Shown in pieces: positions 18,766 through 29,000 of a stretch of DNA of 64,000 nt. Location: NCBI GenBank assembly GCA_001805445.1, contig MHGF01000022.1, forward strand, positions 74,613 through 138,612. The letters are read 5' to 3'. Source of the stretch: Omnitrophica WOR_2 bacterium GWF2_43_52. Its GTDB lineage: Bacteria; Omnitrophota; Gorgyraeia; Gygaellales; UBA12090. The notes below the pieces were generated by a model. It worked only from the letters and a program-made list of their open reading frames with translations. It was not told where the DNA came from and made no database searches. The translations under genes and the position numbers were made by a program. The first letter of the stretch is position 1; each line of letters begins with the position of its first letter.

Positions 18766-18816
18766 ACAACCTACGAGGTTGAAATTTTCAACCTCGTAGG
18801 TTGTTATATGGACGTA
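18766..18816. repeat. perfect 20-bp-arm palindrome aacaacctacgaggttgaaa/tttcaacctcgtaggttgtt between nuoD and nuoH
   Basis: Read directly. Shares the CAACCTACGAGGTTG core with the hairpin at 5507-5533. Confidence 0.65.
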
Positions 18817-18825
18817 TAACATAAA

Positions 18826-19797
18826 ATGATGGATTTACCGTTTATTCTAAATTTTCTTCTGATGTGCGCTAAGGCCGCGGGGCTGCTTGGTTTTGTCAGC
18901 ATATCGGTCATGTTTCTTATCTGGTGGGAACGTAAAATAAGCGCGCACATCCAATCCCGCTTAGGGCCAATGATTGTCGGCTGGCATGGCGCTCTTCAAA
19001 CTATCGCTGATACCCTAAAGCTGCTTCTTAAAGAAAACATCGTCTGTAGAGAAGCGGATAAACTCACTTTCTGGCTCGCGCCGCTGGTTGTCTTTGTGGC
19101 AAGCTTTCTTCCTTTTGTGGCTATCCCTTTTAGCAAAAATCTGATTGCGCAAGACTTACCTTTAGGGTTGCTCTATATTTTAGCGGTAAGCAGTGTCGGT
19201 GTCATCGGCATTTTTATGGCCGGATGGGGCTCCGGCAATAAATATTCTCTGCTTGGAGGGATGCGCACCGCGGCCCAAATCATCAGCTATGAAATCCCGC
19301 TTGTGCTTTCCATCCTTCCTATTGTGATGATGACCGGCTCTCTGAGCATGAATACAATTATCGGAGCCCAGAAAAATGTATGGTTTATCTGTTACCAACC
19401 CATCGCGTTTTTGATATATTTTATATCGGCGATTGCCGAGGTGAACCGCGCGCCTTTTGATATTGCCGAGGCCGAGTCGGAATTAGTCGCCGGATTTCAT
19501 ACGGAATATAGCGGAATGAAGTTTTCCATGTTCTTCTTGGCCGAATATACCAATATGTTTGTAGTGTCGGTTATCGCCACCACCCTCTTTTTAGGAGGAT
19601 GGCAAGGGCCATTATTACCGGGAATCGCCTGGTTTTTATTAAAAGTTTACTTCCTGATTTTTGTGATGATGTGGATACGCTGGACATTCCCGCGGCTGCG
19701 CGTAGACCAGCTGATGGATTTCGCTTGGAAATTCCTTATGCCTTTGGCATTTTTGAATATATTGGTTACCGCGCTGGTAATGGCGCTCATAAAATAA
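18826..19797 (+). CDS. nuoH: NADH-quinone oxidoreductase subunit H
   Basis: 323 aa polytopic membrane protein. Motifs WERK and PFDI.E.ESEL..GF..EYSG. Confidence 0.9.
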   Translation: MMDLPFILNFLLMCAKAAGLLGFVSISVMFLIWWERKISAHIQSRLGPMIVGWHGALQTIADTLKLLLKENIVCREADKLTFWLAPLVVFVASFLPFVAIPFSKNLIAQDLPLGLLYILAVSSVGVIGIFMAGWGSGNKYSLLGGMRTAAQIISYEIPLVLSILPIVMMTGSLSMNTIIGAQKNVWFICYQPIAFLIYFISAIAEVNRAPFDIAEAESELVAGFHTEYSGMKFSMFFLAEYTNMFVVSVIATTLFLGGWQGPLLPGIAWFLLKVYFLIFVMMWIRWTFPRLRVDQLMDFAWKFLMPLAFLNILVTALVMALIK

Positions 19798-19799
19798 CG

Positions 19800-20207
19800 A
19801 TGAAAGAATTTTTTGAGTATACGGCAAGTTTAATCAAAGGCTTAGGCGTAACGCTTAAATATCTCTGCAGGCCCGCGGTTACTTTGCAATACCCCAAACA
19901 AAGATGGACCCCGCCTGAACGCTACAGGGGGAGGGTCGCGCTTCGCCCTAAAAAATGCATCTCCTGCCAGATGTGCGCGCGGGCGTGCCCTAACAATTGT
20001 TTAGAAGTTAAATTTAACGTAGGCGACGATAAAAAAAGGAAACTTACCGAATTTGTGTATCATATAGACACCTGTTTATTCTGCGGGCTTTGCGCTGAAC
20101 CCTGCCCGACGTCCGCGATATTTATGAACCATGATTACGAGCTCGCGGTTTGTGACCGTAAGGATTTGATTGTAGACTTGGTAAAGGTTGATAGTTATGT
20201 GGAGTAA
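19800..20207 (+). CDS. nuoI: NADH-quinone oxidoreductase subunit I (2 x [4Fe-4S] ferredoxin)
   Basis: In-frame ATG at 19800 (MKEFFEY...). Two CxxCxxCxxxCP motifs: CISCQMCARACP and CLFCGLCAEPCP. Confidence 0.85.
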   Translation: MKEFFEYTASLIKGLGVTLKYLCRPAVTLQYPKQRWTPPERYRGRVALRPKKCISCQMCARACPNNCLEVKFNVGDDKKRKLTEFVYHIDTCLFCGLCAEPCPTSAIFMNHDYELAVCDRKDLIVDLVKVDSYVE

Positions 20208-20697
20208 TTATATCGCAACAAGCCTTTTTTATGGCATTGCCGGGGTTATCGTTATCTTTTCAATTCTGAGCGTTACCCTGAAAAATATATTCTACAGCGC
20301 TTTGTCGTTGATCGTGGCTTTACTGGGAATTGCCGCGATATATATTTACTTAAACGCCGAATTTTTAGCGTTAATACAAATCTTGATTTATATCGGGGCA
20401 ATTATGACCCTGATTATCTTCGGCATCATGCTTACGCTTAAGATTTCGGATAAAACCCTGCAACAACATAATAAACAGCAAGGCCTTTCTTTCCTGGTTT
20501 CCGGAGCCCTTGCCGCGATACTGATTTTAATTTTTATCCGCTTCAAGACTACGGAGGCTGTTTCTCTCAAGGCTGTTTCGCTTGCGGATATCGGCAAAGA
20601 GCTCTTAACCACCTACGCCCTGCCGTTTGAGGTAATTTCTATTATATTACTTGCGGCACTGATTGGGGCGGTAGTAATTAGCAGTAAGGATATGTAA
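20188..20697 (+). CDS. nuoJ: NADH-quinone oxidoreductase subunit J
   Basis: 169 aa membrane protein in the canonical position. The start may be M at 20197. Confidence 0.8.
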   Translation: MIVMWSNYIATSLFYGIAGVIVIFSILSVTLKNIFYSALSLIVALLGIAAIYIYLNAEFLALIQILIYIGAIMTLIIFGIMLTLKISDKTLQQHNKQQGLSFLVSGALAAILILIFIRFKTTEAVSLKAVSLADIGKELLTTYALPFEVISIILLAALIGAVVISSKDM

Positions 20698-20735
20698 TGC
20701 CAGGCATACTACTTGTGTATGCCTGGCATTAAGAA
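20698..20735. repeat. short-loop copy of the AATGCCAGGCATA hairpin between nuoJ and nuoK
   Basis: The sequence taatgccaggcata-ctacttgtg-tatgcctggcatta is read directly. Confidence 0.65.
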
Positions 20736-20744
20736 AATTATAAG

Positions 20745-21053
20745 ATGATACCTTTACACCATTATTTAATTTTATCGGCACTGCTTTTTTGTATCGGGCT
20801 TTACGGCGTCTTTACCAGAAGAAGCGCCATCGGCATCCTTCTGTCTCTTGAAATCATGCTCAATGCCGCGAATATTAACTTTGTGGCATTCTCTAAATTT
20901 GTAACACCGGATAACCCTATTGGGCAGATTTTTGTCATTTTTACCATCGGCGTCTCTGCCGCTGCCGCGGTAGTGGGCCTGGCAATTATCGTAGCGATAT
21001 ACCGTAACTATAAAACAATTTTTGTTGATGAAATAAACATAATGAAATGGTAA
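20745..21053 (+). CDS. nuoK: NADH-quinone oxidoreductase subunit K
   Basis: 102 aa with three TM helices. Conserved LSLEIMLNA motif. Confidence 0.9.
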   Translation: MIPLHHYLILSALLFCIGLYGVFTRRSAIGILLSLEIMLNAANINFVAFSKFVTPDNPIGQIFVIFTIGVSAAAAVVGLAIIVAIYRNYKTIFVDEINIMKW

Positions 21054-22960
21054 ACGCCGCCTATTCTCTCGCCCTGCTTCCTGTTGTGGGTTTTATAGTA
21101 AATATCTTCTTTGGCAGTAAGCTCAAACTCAAGGGAGCGTTATTTTCTATTGCCTGCATTGCCGGCTCCTTTCTTTGTGCCTGCCTTTTGCTACGGCATG
21201 TTATCGCCGGAAATAGTATCGAACAAAGCGCCACGTGGTTTACCTGCGGAAAATACTCTTTTAGCGCAGGTCTTGTCATTGACCAGCTCACGGCAATAAT
21301 GCTTATTGTCGTCACCCTGGTAAGCCTGCTGGTACAGATTTATTCCATAGGGTATTTGCACGGGGAAAAGAATTCAACCCGCTTTTTTGCCTTTATATCG
21401 CTATTTACCTTTTCCATGCTGGGGCTGGTTTTGGCAGACAATTTAATATTGGTCTACGTCTTCTGGGAATTAGTAGGGCTTTGCTCATACCTGCTTATCA
21501 GCTATTGGTATAATAAACCATCCGCCGCTCTTGCCGGGAAAAAGGCTTTTATTACCAATAGAATAGGCGACGCGGGCTTCTTCTTGGGTATCGCGACCCT
21601 GTTTTATTATTTAGGCACAGCCAATTTCCGTGAAATCGCCGAAAAGCTGCATCACGGCGGCTTTGACCCCCATATCATAACCATTGCCGGCATACTCTTA
21701 TTTTGCGGGGCAATCGGAAAATCAGCGCAATTTCCTTTACACGTATGGCTTCCTGATGCCATGGAAGGGCCTACTCCGGCAAGCGCGCTTATTCACGCGG
21801 CGACCATGGTTGCCGCCGGGGTGTATCTTACCGTGCGAAGTTATAGTGTTTTTTCCGCCGGGAATTTTTCCCTGCAGTTTGTTTCATATATAGGGATCAT
21901 TACCTCGCTCTTAGCCGCCTCAATTGCCCTTGTGCAAAATGATATCAAGAAAATTCTGGCCTACTCTACTATCAGCCAGTTAGGCTTAATGATGGTGGCA
22001 TTAGGAGTTGGCGGGTATACCGCGGGGGTATTTCATTTAATGACCCATGCTTTTTTTAAGGCGCTTTTGTTTTTATGCGCGGGCGCGGTAATTCATAATA
22101 CCGGCGTCCAGGATATCCGTCAGATGGGCGGGCTATTCGGGAAAATGAAAATTACCGCCAGCACCTGTTTCATTGCCTGCCTTGCGATTGCGGGAGTGCC
22201 TCCTTTTAGCGGATTCTGGAGCAAGGATGAAATCCTGCTGGCTGCGTTTAATCATAACAAGGTACTCTACGGGTTATCCTCACTGGTTGCCTTTATGACC
22301 GCCTTTTATATGTTTCGGCTTTATATCCTGACCTTTACAGGCAAACCCCGCGACCCCCATCTTCATCCCCATGAATCGCCGAAAGTAATGACCTGGCCAT
22401 TGATAATTCTTGCGTCATTAAGCGCGGTAAGCGGCCTTATCGGCTCACCGCTTACGAATCACTGGTTTTCGCATTTTATTTATTTTCATCCCGAGCATCA
22501 TATTGAAGTTAATTATTTGGTGATGTATTCATCTATCGCGGTGGGATTGTTGGGTATAGCCATGGCCTGGCTATTTTATAAAGCCTGCCCGAACATCCCC
22601 AAAGCCTTGGCGGAAAATTATAAACCGATATACAATTTACTTCTTAACAAATACTATATTGATGAAATTTATGATACAGTTATTGTCCGGCCGTTTTTGG
22701 CTTTGACACGGTTTTCCTTCTCCTTTGACTCCAAGATAATCGACGGCTCGGTCAATGGGACAGCAACGGTTACTATCTGGATAAGCACTATAAAGGCCTG
22801 GATCGATAAATATATTGTTGACGGCTTAGTAAACCTGACGGCATCTATGGTAGGCGCTATAGGGATAGTCTTAAGACGCCTGCAGAGCGGTTTTATCCAG
22901 AATTATATTCTTTTGATTTTCACCAGTGTCATAATTATTGTTTTATTGAAATTGATTTAA
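21047..22960 (+). CDS. nuoL: NADH-quinone oxidoreductase subunit L
   Basis: 637 aa antiporter-like subunit. Motifs WLPDAMEGPTPASALIHAATMV and a C-terminal amphipathic extension. Confidence 0.9.
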   Translation: MVNAAYSLALLPVVGFIVNIFFGSKLKLKGALFSIACIAGSFLCACLLLRHVIAGNSIEQSATWFTCGKYSFSAGLVIDQLTAIMLIVVTLVSLLVQIYSIGYLHGEKNSTRFFAFISLFTFSMLGLVLADNLILVYVFWELVGLCSYLLISYWYNKPSAALAGKKAFITNRIGDAGFFLGIATLFYYLGTANFREIAEKLHHGGFDPHIITIAGILLFCGAIGKSAQFPLHVWLPDAMEGPTPASALIHAATMVAAGVYLTVRSYSVFSAGNFSLQFVSYIGIITSLLAASIALVQNDIKKILAYSTISQLGLMMVALGVGGYTAGVFHLMTHAFFKALLFLCAGAVIHNTGVQDIRQMGGLFGKMKITASTCFIACLAIAGVPPFSGFWSKDEILLAAFNHNKVLYGLSSLVAFMTAFYMFRLYILTFTGKPRDPHLHPHESPKVMTWPLIILASLSAVSGLIGSPLTNHWFSHFIYFHPEHHIEVNYLVMYSSIAVGLLGIAMAWLFYKACPNIPKALAENYKPIYNLLLNKYYIDEIYDTVIVRPFLALTRFSFSFDSKIIDGSVNGTATVTIWISTIKAWIDKYIVDGLVNLTASMVGAIGIVLRRLQSGFIQNYILLIFTSVIIIVLLKLI

Positions 22961-23075
22961 TTACACACGAATTAACACGAATCAAAGGCCGAATTAGCAC
23001 GAATAAAAACCGTAGTTTTTCCCACACACAGGGAAATTCGTGTGTAATTTGTTTAAATTCGTGTTTACAGGAGGG
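22961..23075. repeat. MITE-like ACACGAATT-family element with perfect 13-bp terminal inverted repeats (ttacacacgaatt ... aattcgtgtgtaa) between nuoL and nuoM
   Basis: TIRs at 22961-22973 and 23035-23047. Additional cacgaat half-sites lie inside and after the element. Confidence 0.65.
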
Positions 23076-23080
23076 AAATT

Positions 23081-24559
23081 ATGTTTGGTTTACCACTTTT
23101 AAGTTTAATAATATTCTTGCCGGTACTAGGCATATTGATTTTATTCTTTATTCCTAAAGCGCAAACCTCAACCATCCGGGGTGTAAGTGTCGCCACCACG
23201 CTGGTTACCTTTTTGCTTTCTCTTCTTATTTTGGCTCATTTTAATACCGCTCAACCGGGCTTTCAATTAGAAGAGAAATTAAGCTGGATACCGCAGGTGA
23301 ATATCAATTACCATGTAGGTGTTGACGGGCTAAGTTATTCAATGATATTCCTCACTGCCCTATTATGCTTCTTGGCCTGCTTTGCCTCATTCTCCATCAA
23401 AGATAGAATCAAGGAATATTTCATATTCTATCTTATGCTTGAAGTAGGGATGATAGGGACATTTTTGGCGTTAGACTTATTCCTCTTCTATGTCTTCTGG
23501 GAAATTACCCTGGTCCCTATGTATTTCTTAATTGGCATCTGGGGGGGTTCACGCAAAGAATACGCGGCAATCAAATTCTTCCTTTACACTCTTGCGGGAA
23601 GCGTCTTCATGCTCCTCGGTATCCTGGCACTATATTTTAACTCTGCTCCTCATACCTTTAGCATTGTTGAGCTTATCGCCCAAAACAGCCTTTTCCCGCG
23701 ATTATTTCAAAACATTATTTTTGCCGCGCTCTTTTTTGGTTTTGCCATTAAGGTACCGGTTTTCCCGTTTCACACCTGGCTTCCCGATGCCCACGTAGAA
23801 GCCCCCACACCCGCAAGCGTCTTGCTTGCCGGTGTTTTATTAAAGATGGGCGGATACGGGTTTTTCAGGATAAGCTATCCCATACTCCCAGAGGCGGCAA
23901 AATTCTTTGCCCCGGCCATAGCGCTTTTAGCGCTTATCGGTATTGTCTACGGGGCTTTTGTGGCGATGGCACAAACTGATTTTAAGAAAATGGTCGCCTA
24001 TTCCAGCGTCAGCCATATGGGTTTTGTGATGCTGGGATTGGCGTCTTTAAACCCAATCGGTTTTAGCGGAGCGTATTTGCAGATGTTCAATCACGGTATT
24101 ATCACGGGGGCAATGTTCTTATTAGTCGGGGTATTATATGACCGGGCGCATACCCGCGACTTAAATGCCTTTGGGGGTCTGCGCGAAGTTGTACCTGTTT
24201 TCTCAGGCATGCTCATCTTTTTTTCCCTGGCTTCTTTGGGGCTTCCCGGCTTAAGCGGTTTTGTGAGCGAATTCCTGTCGTTACTCGGCGGCTTTAAGGC
24301 ATTTCGCCTCTTTACCATTATCTCGGTTACGGGTATTATCGTAACCGCGGGCTATATTCTTTTTATGATTCAGCGCATCCTCTTAGGGCCGCTTAATCCC
24401 AAATGGAAATCGCTTGCTGAAATTAACACGCGGGAAATCTTAACCCTTGTGCCTTTACTTATTCTAACCTTGGCGTTAGGGGTGTATCCTAAATTGATAC
24501 TGGATATACTTAATCCCGGGTTAAACCTGATCTTAAAAGCTATCGGGGTGGCGAATTGA
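23081..24559 (+). CDS. nuoM: NADH-quinone oxidoreductase subunit M
   Basis: 492 aa. Motif WLPDAHVEAPTPASVLLAGVLLKMGGYG. Confidence 0.9.
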   Translation: MFGLPLLSLIIFLPVLGILILFFIPKAQTSTIRGVSVATTLVTFLLSLLILAHFNTAQPGFQLEEKLSWIPQVNINYHVGVDGLSYSMIFLTALLCFLACFASFSIKDRIKEYFIFYLMLEVGMIGTFLALDLFLFYVFWEITLVPMYFLIGIWGGSRKEYAAIKFFLYTLAGSVFMLLGILALYFNSAPHTFSIVELIAQNSLFPRLFQNIIFAALFFGFAIKVPVFPFHTWLPDAHVEAPTPASVLLAGVLLKMGGYGFFRISYPILPEAAKFFAPAIALLALIGIVYGAFVAMAQTDFKKMVAYSSVSHMGFVMLGLASLNPIGFSGAYLQMFNHGIITGAMFLLVGVLYDRAHTRDLNAFGGLREVVPVFSGMLIFFSLASLGLPGLSGFVSEFLSLLGGFKAFRLFTIISVTGIIVTAGYILFMIQRILLGPLNPKWKSLAEINTREILTLVPLLILTLALGVYPKLILDILNPGLNLILKAIGVAN

Positions 24560-25998
24560 ATGTAGCGCCTTTTATAGCTGATATAAAATATATCCTTCCG
24601 GAAATAATCTTAACTATTGCCGCGCTGGTAATACTTATCTTTAGCGTGCTGATTAAAAATAAGCGCGCGCTTGCCTATTTCTCCCTGGCTTCCCTTGGCA
24701 TTACTTTATTGTATGTAAGCAAAACACCCGTTATTACGACAAGCTTATTTTCGGGGATGTTAGTAAACGACTCCTTTGCCGCTTTTTTTAAGATAATTTC
24801 TATCATCATTGCCTTAGCGGTAATCCTGATTTCCCTAGAGTATAAGGAAATTTCACCCAACTATCGGGGAGAATTCTACTGTTTTATCCTCTTAGCCACG
24901 ACCGCTATTATGTTTATGGGGGCAGCCTCAAATTTACTGATGATATATCTGGGAGTTGAGTTTTTAAGCCTTATTTCATACATTATCGCCGCCTACTGGA
25001 GGGGCAATGTAAAATCAAGCGAAAGCGGGCTGAAATACTTTCTTATCGGCACAGCCTGCTCTATTACCATGCTCTATGGCATCTCGCTTCTCTACGGCTT
25101 AACCGGAAGCTTAGATTTAGAGCAAATCAATGCTATCCTTTATGGCAACACCTCGCAGCCGGCCGCGATTTCTATCATCATTCTGACTATCCTTATCGGC
25201 CTTGGGTTTAAGATTGCCATGGTGCCGGTGCATTTCTGGTGCCCGGATGTCTATGAAGGAGCGCCCACTCCGGTAACCGCCTTCTTTTCCGTAGGCCCCA
25301 AAATCGCGGGGTTCGCGGTATTATTACGGTTTCTCCTGACAGGAAGCATATTCTTCTATGAACACTGGGCGCATCTTTTGGGGATACTTGCCATTATCAC
25401 GATGGTTGTGGGAAATCTTACCGCGCTTTCCCAAACTAATATCAAAAGGCTTTTAGCCTATTCTTCCATTGCCCATGCCGGATATGCCTTAATAGGTTTG
25501 GTAATTGGCACACACATAGGGCAGGTAAGCCTTTTTGTGTATTTACTTACCTACACAGTGATGAACTTAGGCGCCTTCGCGGTAGTTATCGCGGTTTCTA
25601 ATAAAATAAAGAGCGATGAAATAAAAGATTATGCCGGGCTTTCTTTACATTCGCCATATTTAGCCGCGGCTCTTGCGGTTTTTTTGCTTTCTTTGGCAGG
25701 CATTCCGCCTCTGGCGGGATTTATCGGGAAGTTTTATATCTTTAGCGCAGCAATTGAGGAAGGATTTATCACTCTGGCAATTGCCGCGGTAATCAACAGC
25801 GTCATAGCCGCCTATTATTATTTTATCGTCATAAAAACAATGTATCTGGAAAAACCGCAGGCAAAGATAGAAATCAAACCAGCCCCATCTCTTAATTTTG
25901 CCTTAATTATCGCCCTTATTCTTACCCTCGCCATCGGCATTTACCCACAACCCATCTTAGATTTTGTAATCCACACCTCAAGCATATTCATTCCATAA
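24556..25998 (+). CDS. nuoN: NADH-quinone oxidoreductase subunit N
   Basis: 480 aa, last gene of the operon. Overlaps nuoM by 4 nt. Confidence 0.85.
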   Translation: MNVAPFIADIKYILPEIILTIAALVILIFSVLIKNKRALAYFSLASLGITLLYVSKTPVITTSLFSGMLVNDSFAAFFKIISIIIALAVILISLEYKEISPNYRGEFYCFILLATTAIMFMGAASNLLMIYLGVEFLSLISYIIAAYWRGNVKSSESGLKYFLIGTACSITMLYGISLLYGLTGSLDLEQINAILYGNTSQPAAISIIILTILIGLGFKIAMVPVHFWCPDVYEGAPTPVTAFFSVGPKIAGFAVLLRFLLTGSIFFYEHWAHLLGILAIITMVVGNLTALSQTNIKRLLAYSSIAHAGYALIGLVIGTHIGQVSLFVYLLTYTVMNLGAFAVVIAVSNKIKSDEIKDYAGLSLHSPYLAAALAVFLLSLAGIPPLAGFIGKFYIFSAAIEEGFITLAIAAVINSVIAAYYYFIVIKTMYLEKPQAKIEIKPAPSLNFALIIALILTLAIGIYPQPILDFVIHTSSIFIP

Positions 25999-26032
25999 AT
26001 AGTCGATAGTCAATAGTCTATAGCCGATAGCA
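25998..26032. repeat. ATAGTCGATAG-type repeat element (aaatagtcgatagtcaatagtctatagccgatagc) after nuoN
   Basis: Read directly. Closely related to the 30-bp segment inside mnmE at 45667-45696. Confidence 0.6.
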
Positions 26033-26061
26033 CAAGGCAACAAAGTAGCGCCTTTCAACAA

Positions 26062-29000
26062 TCAGTTATGAGGGTTCACTACTATTCGGCTTAAGGCAAG
26101 CTGTACTTCTTGGGCAGGATTATCTGACTCAAGCGCGATAAGGATTTGTTTTAAGGCGGGCTCGGTGGGAATAAACTTTTGCTCCTGCGCGCGTAAAATT
26201 TCGGCGATATGGGTAATGACAACTTCTATCTGCTCACTGCTTACCGCTGACGATTGGCTTGCCGTATAGGCCATATCGCGTATGCGCGCGGTTGCGGGGA
26301 TAAAATCATTCTTGAGCATCACTTCAATCTGCCGGCACTCCTCGTCAAAATTAATATTCAGGCTTATGGGCGCAGAACCAAACATAGAAAGTTGATTCCC
26401 TAGAGCTGGCTGCGCGGTTATAGGCAATGCGCGTAAGTCTATACCTCCCACATCATGAACTTTTTCATTAAGGGGCGAGGAATTCGCTATTGCGGCGATA
26501 CCGCCATGATCTGCTAAATATGTTAAAAGCCCTTTATAATTTGTAAACTTATTTTCTTTAACAATTCTCGCAATATTTTCTATGGGCAAAGCTTCTAAAA
26601 TGCTAAAGAGTGTTTGCCTCGTGCCGCCAATTTCCTTTAACAAAGGAATAATCGTATCCGGATTCTTCGCGCGGGCAAACATATCCAGGAAATTCTCAGG
26701 GATATTATGAATATTTTGTTTTGGTTTTTTTAAATAATTAGACACTATTTCTCTGATTGTTTTGCTCTCCACTTCACTCATTTCATCTACAATTCTCTTT
26801 ATCTCTTCCCTTGATTTATCATCAACGGTCATGTCAGGGAATTCCAACATCAAGCGTACACACCTAAATATAGTATCTAACTTTAATAAACGATTTGTTC
26901 CATGGCGCGACACGGCAGGAATAAGGCTAAGGCGTTTTTGTATAATATCTTCGGCATAATCTCCTCCCGCGCTACTTGTAACTACCCAACCGCTCGTATC
27001 CTTATGAACGATAAGCCTGTTAAGGGAAAAATCACGCAAAATATCTACTTTGGCATATAGTTCATCTTCGTAAAGGAATAATTCTTCAGAATCAGGGTCC
27101 TTACCAAGGTTAAGGACATGCAAAGGGGTATCTTTAAATTTTATCCTTGTCATATCCTCTATAAAATAAATAATCTCACTTACCGATCGCACTTTGCTCT
27201 TATCATAACCCCTAATAACAATATCAATATCTGCCGCTCTCAAAGACGGCTTTATCCCTGTAACCATTTTCCGCGCTATCCCTCCCGCAAACCCAAAGTA
27301 TACTCCTTTTTTTTCTAACTCGTTTGTAATATATAAGATATCCTCGTCCACGGCTATATTAATTCCTCGGTTTTCTTTTCTTTCTGAATCTTCCAGCCGT
27401 GCAAGTTGAAATGATTTTCCATCTACCTCCACCACCGAGCTGGCAGCTGATATTGAAACACATCCTCCTACATAACTTTGCTCTGGCCGTGTATGAAAGC
27501 CATATTTTTTTAATTGAGCTATATCGCCATCTGGCAAATGCCCTATGAATTCCTTTGACTGATAACCTCCTAAAATAATCTTGTCAATTCTAATGTTACG
27601 ATCTTTAATCATGTTTAATATAAGGCCAACGCTGGTCAAGTTAGTTACCGGCCCATAATCACCAGGCCAAGTTCCGATGTTGCTTATTAAGACAATGCTA
27701 TCTTTTATCTCAGGGATTTTTGGCATAAGTGTATCTTTATTCGTCAAATCTCCGGCAATACACCAAAAATGCACACCTTCCCTAAACTTGTTAGCCTCAA
27801 AATGTTGCCTTGCTTTGTTCAAAGAGGCTTCATCATTATCTATAAGTATGGCCTGGGAAGCCCCCAGCTTAAGCGCCGTCAAAGCAAGCAGTCCGTCTCC
27901 GGATCCGGAATCAATAACACACTTTCCTGCGATATTGCTATTCAGCATTAAAAGTATAGTCGCAGAAGTGAAAAGCTTCATCCTGCCGCCTTTTTCCTCC
28001 GATTCACCAATCGTGGAGTCAGATAAATCCGATACAACAATAGCTCTTTCTTTCAAGGCAGCGCGTAACTCCAAATCTTTCTCTAAATCCTCATACACTT
28101 CCTTGTCTATAAAAAACAAACCTCCGATCTTAACCAAATCATATCCTTGATGATTATCTTTGACTCTTACCAATAAAGTTGCCTGCTCTATTCCATTGTA
28201 AGTTACACTATCATCAATTTCCCTTTGAGCATGAATGTAATACTTTCTCTCCCCGCCAACCCCTTTAATTGCTTTCAATTCTTTCTCTATGCGCTGCCAA
28301 AGCTGTTTTTCTAAATTCGTAAGATACTTTATCGGGTAAGCATATGCGTCATTCATTATTTCTGGCATATCTTTTTTTGCTGGTATCATTGTAGTCACAG
28401 CCGAACTACTCATAAATCCTTCTATTCCTCCGCTCAGATACCTACGAATATTTTGGCCATAAGGGGTATAGACTGGTTCTGTAATATTATATTCGCCATC
28501 TTGGAATGATTTCTGGTATTGTTTAAAGTATTCTTCTTTATCATAAGGCTCTTTTGAAGTGAGGTTAGTCAAGTCTCTTGAATCAATAAGCTTACTATAG
28601 GGGTTATCCGGTTTACCGGTAAGCGAGTTAACCGGTTTACTGGCTAACCCGTTCACCGGCACACTAAATTTATTCTTAAACCACTGCGCCAATATAAGCG
28701 AGTAATACACTTGCCTAAGAGAAGCATATCTCTTTGAGGTATTCACCTGATAGGTGAGCTTAGGGATTATCAATTCTCTGATAAGCTGGGTTGAGTATTC
28801 ATTGAGCTCCTTTAGCCTGGGGTCTTTGAAATTGTATTGCTGCTGGCTGACAGCTGAAAGCTGAAAGCTTTTCAGATAGTCTTCTTCAAGCATCACTTTT
28901 AGCGTTGCCTTGTAGATATAAGCATTATCTGGGGATTCCCTGATGATGATTTCATTGGGCACGATCCAAGGACGGGTTAAGGTAGGTATAGTAATATTCT

